From Pseudomonadota bacterium (GTDB lineage Bacteria; Pseudomonadota; Alphaproteobacteria; Sphingomonadales; Sphingomonadaceae): DNA of 64,000 nucleotides. Position numbers and translations under genes: made by a program. Shown here piece by piece: positions 61,701 to 64,000 of this stretch. The stretch's first letter is position 1; each line of letters begins with the position of its first letter. The notes beneath the pieces are model-generated. The model did no database searches, had not been told where the DNA came from, and saw only the letters and a list, made by a program, of their open reading frames with translations. The stretch spans positions 2,137-66,136 of the forward strand of contig JAZKCD010000016.1 of assembly GCA_040388355.1 (NCBI GenBank), read 5' to 3'.

Positions 61701-62513
61701 CTATCGCGCGCCGCTGGCAATCTGCTTGCGCCCGCTCACGCTGCCCGCGAGCTTGCGCCCGCTCACGCTGCCCGCGGGCTTGCGCCCGCTCACGCTCGCC
61801 GCGGGCTTGCGCCCGCTCACGCTGGTCGCGCAGCCGAAGAAGTGGCGGCGGAACACCACCTCCAGCCCCTCGCCGCGTAGCATGTCCGCGATCCCCGATG
61901 CGTCGCCGAAATTGGTGCTGTAGGTGCCGATCATCGAGAAATCCTGCGCCCCGCGCAGCAGCAGCCGCTCGACCAGCGGCATCACGCGCTTCAAGTGGAA
62001 CAGATAGAGCGGCCGCAGCAGCCAGCCCCTGGGATCCGACGCCTCGATCATTGCGAAGCTGCCGCCCGGCCGCAGCACCCGCGCGACCAGCGCCGCCAGC
62101 CGGGCATGCTGGGCGGCGTCGAAGGTCTTGAGCCCGAAGGTCGCGATCACGAAGTCGGCGCTCGCATCGGGCAGGTCGCTCGCCAGCACATCGTCCTCGA
62201 TGAAGCCGATACGGTGCGCGCGGTGCCGGTGCAGCCGCTCGACTGCGCGCGCGTGCATTCCCGAGGAGATGTCGACCGCCGTGATCGGCCCCGCGTCGGG
62301 AAAGCGCCGCAGCAGATGCGGCCACACCTCGCCGGTCCCCGCCATCAGGTCGTAGCCTTCAGGCCCCGGCGGCTCGGGCATCGCCGCCACGCATTCGCGC
62401 CGCCAGCGCTCGGTGAAGCCGAACGAGCAGATCCAGCTGAACGCGATATATTTGCCCGAGCAGCGGTCGAACACGCCTTTCACGAAGGCGGGATCGTAGA
62501 TGTCCGCGCTCAT
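61701..62513 (-). CDS. Class I SAM methyltransferase (UbiE-like) with repetitive C-terminal tail
   Basis: YDLMAGTGE, VDIS, DFVIATFGLK, LRPGG; tail (SVSGRKxAx)x4. Confidence 0.85.
   Translation of the reverse strand: MSADIYDPAFVKGVFDRCSGKYIAFSWICSFGFTERWRRECVAAMPEPPGPEGYDLMAGTGEVWPHLLRRFPDAGPITAVDISSGMHARAVERLHRHRAHRIGFIEDDVLASDLPDASADFVIATFGLKTFDAAQHARLAALVARVLRPGGSFAMIEASDPRGWLLRPLYLFHLKRVMPLVERLLLRGAQDFSMIGTYSTNFGDASGIADMLRGEGLEVVFRRHFFGCATSVSGRKPAASVSGRKPAGSVSGRKLAGSVSGRKQIASGAR
61724..61823. repeat. 27-bp tandem repeat, about 4 copies, in frame
   Basis: gcttgcgcccgctcacgct core at 61724, 61751, 61778 and 61805. Confidence 0.95.
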
Positions 62514-62514
62514 C

Positions 62515-62928
62515 TCACGGCCATCCCTCGCCGAACGCGATCGCGGAGACGACGCACGCGAAGAGGATATAGGTGGCTGCGAAGAGGCCGAGCGCCGCCG
62601 CGGCCGGCCGCGCCCCGCGGGCGAGATAGACCAGCCCCGCGGTGGCCGCGAGCATGCCGAAGAAGAATATCGCCAGCACCCAATTCGTCTGGCCCTCCGT
62701 CAGCACGCCCCATTGCACCACACCCGCTACCGCCGTCAGGACCTGGCAAGCCACGATAGGAATGACCATCAGCCAAAGGCGCCGGTTGGGCCGACGAAAC
62801 GCGGTTACCAGGCCGGCGATCAGGAAGGCGAGGCCCAGCCAGGCAATGTTCGAGAGCATCCCGCCACGGTTCGCCAGCCCGCCCAGGAAAAATCCCGGCA
62901 GCATCCACAGCAATTCGAGCACGCCCAT
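62515..62928 (-). CDS. Hypothetical 4-TM membrane protein
   Basis: Hydrophobic throughout; packed between the SH3 and MTase genes. Confidence 0.65.
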   Translation of the reverse strand: MGVLELLWMLPGFFLGGLANRGGMLSNIAWLGLAFLIAGLVTAFRRPNRRLWLMVIPIVACQVLTAVAGVVQWGVLTEGQTNWVLAIFFFGMLAATAGLVYLARGARPAAAALGLFAATYILFACVVSAIAFGEGWP

Positions 62929-63417
62929 TCAGGGCACGGATTCGTTCGGATCGACGCCCCAGATATGGCTCTGTTCGACATAGCCGCCGCGTCCGCGCAC
63001 GTCGAACCAGCACCAGCCATGCGCGCAGCGGCTGATCCGCCCGACCACCCCCGGCGCCGCGCGCCAGTTGACCAGCGCACTGAACCGCGGCGCCTCGCGC
63101 ATCTCGACGACTCGGCCGATGATCATCGCCGTCCGCGTGTCGCTCAGCAGGTTGACCTGCATCCAGCCCTGGGTGCCGTCGGGATCCTCGATCTTGCGCC
63201 ACTCGCCATAGGTGTCGATCACCTTGATCGGCAGATCCTCGCGCTGGTAGAGCCAGCTCGCCGGATAGTTGCGCCCCGGCCCGGTGCGCATCCGCGCCTT
63301 GCCCGCGGCGATCGACGCGAAATAGGGCGGCTTGCGCTGCGCCTGCGCCTCGTCCGCGGCGAACGCAGTCAGCCCCAGCGCCACGACGACGGCTATGAGC
63401 CAACTCCAGATACGCAT
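62929..63417 (-). CDS. Bacterial SH3 domain protein (tandem SH3_4)
   Basis: ARMRTGPG, EWRKIEDPDGTQGW, WCWFDVRGRGGYV. Confidence 0.9.
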   Translation of the reverse strand: MRIWSWLIAVVVALGLTAFAADEAQAQRKPPYFASIAAGKARMRTGPGRNYPASWLYQREDLPIKVIDTYGEWRKIEDPDGTQGWMQVNLLSDTRTAMIIGRVVEMREAPRFSALVNWRAAPGVVGRISRCAHGWCWFDVRGRGGYVEQSHIWGVDPNESVP

Positions 63418-63513
63418 GCGGCCCCCTCGCAAGTCCTCGCGCCTGTCTACCCCGAGCCGGGCGCTTGCTTCAACCCGTTGACTGGCGCGCCGCGCGGGGC
63501 CAATCCGCCCGCA

Positions 63514-64000
63514 ATGGCACAGCCCCCGCGTCCCTCCCGCCCCAAGGTCACGATCACCCGGTCGCTGCCCGATTCGGTCGAGGCGCGGATGGCCGAATTG
63601 TTCGAATCGCTACCCAACGCCAGCGACGCCGCGATGGATCGCGCCGCGCTCGCCGCGGCGATGGCCGACACCGATGTGTTCGTCCCCACCGTCACCGATT
63701 CGATCGACGCCGCGCTGATCGAAGGCGCGGGCGAGCGGCTCCGGCTGATCGCCAATTACGGCGCCGGGGTCGGCCATATCGACCTCAAGGCAGCGCGCGC
63801 CCGCGGGATCACCGTCACCAACACACCCGGCGTGCTGACCGAGGATACCGCCGACATGGCGATGGCGCTGATCCTCGCCGCGCCGCGCCGGCTGGTCGAG
63901 GGCGACAAGCTGGTCCGCGCCGGTGCGTGGACCGGCTGGAGCCCCACCGGCATGCGCGGCCACCGCATCGGCGGCAGGAAGCTCGGCATCCTCGGGCTCG
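63514..64000 (+). CDS. D-isomer 2-hydroxyacid (glyoxylate/glycerate) dehydrogenase, truncated by the window end
   Basis: Manual translation: PKVTITRSLP, LIANYGAGVGHID, TNTPGVLTEDTAD, KLGILG. Confidence 0.9.
   Translation, partial: MAQPPRPSRPKVTITRSLPDSVEARMAELFESLPNASDAAMDRAALAAAMADTDVFVPTVTDSIDAALIEGAGERLRLIANYGAGVGHIDLKAARARGITVTNTPGVLTEDTADMAMALILAAPRRLVEGDKLVRAGAWTGWSPTGMRGHRIGGRKLGILGL

Noticed and set aside
61724-61823. Possible CRISPR array
   Set aside because: The units are contiguous with no unique spacers, lie in frame within a CDS, and have no cas genes nearby. No CRISPR was seen anywhere in the window.

Overview
High-GC alphaproteobacterial chromosomal DNA. Gene content and order point to a sphingomonad (inference). 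It is mostly a housekeeping backbone: cckA, smpB, dapA, greB, ettA, gyrA, trmFO, map, pdhAB, tamAB, glcB, tRNA-Pro(TGG) and tRNA-Ile2(CAT). Accessory genes are interspersed: four peptidases, a vapBC-type TA pair, an orphan tadG-tadE-tadE trio and an ECF42-type sigma factor with its YciI partner. At least ten palindromic REP/MITE-like intergenic elements from several families are present. I found no integrase, transposase, prophage or CRISPR array. The most notable observations are: (1) an AT-richer islet beside ettA with a perfect GAAC-N7-GAAC (LexA-type) box upstream of a Uma2 nuclease whose N-terminal module is duplicated, followed by a double zinc-finger microprotein; (2) a CDS whose stop codon lies inside tRNA-Ile2; (3) a whole-unit duplication of a small lipoprotein gene; (4) a PutP-like transporter lacking its Na+ and proline ligands; (5) a probable pseudokinase with a long Pro/Glu/Ala spacer; (6) a suhB/MmgR-like sRNA candidate; (7) Met at the GyrA-87 position; (8) a 27-bp coding VNTR. 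All assignments come from motif recognition by eye, with no database searches.
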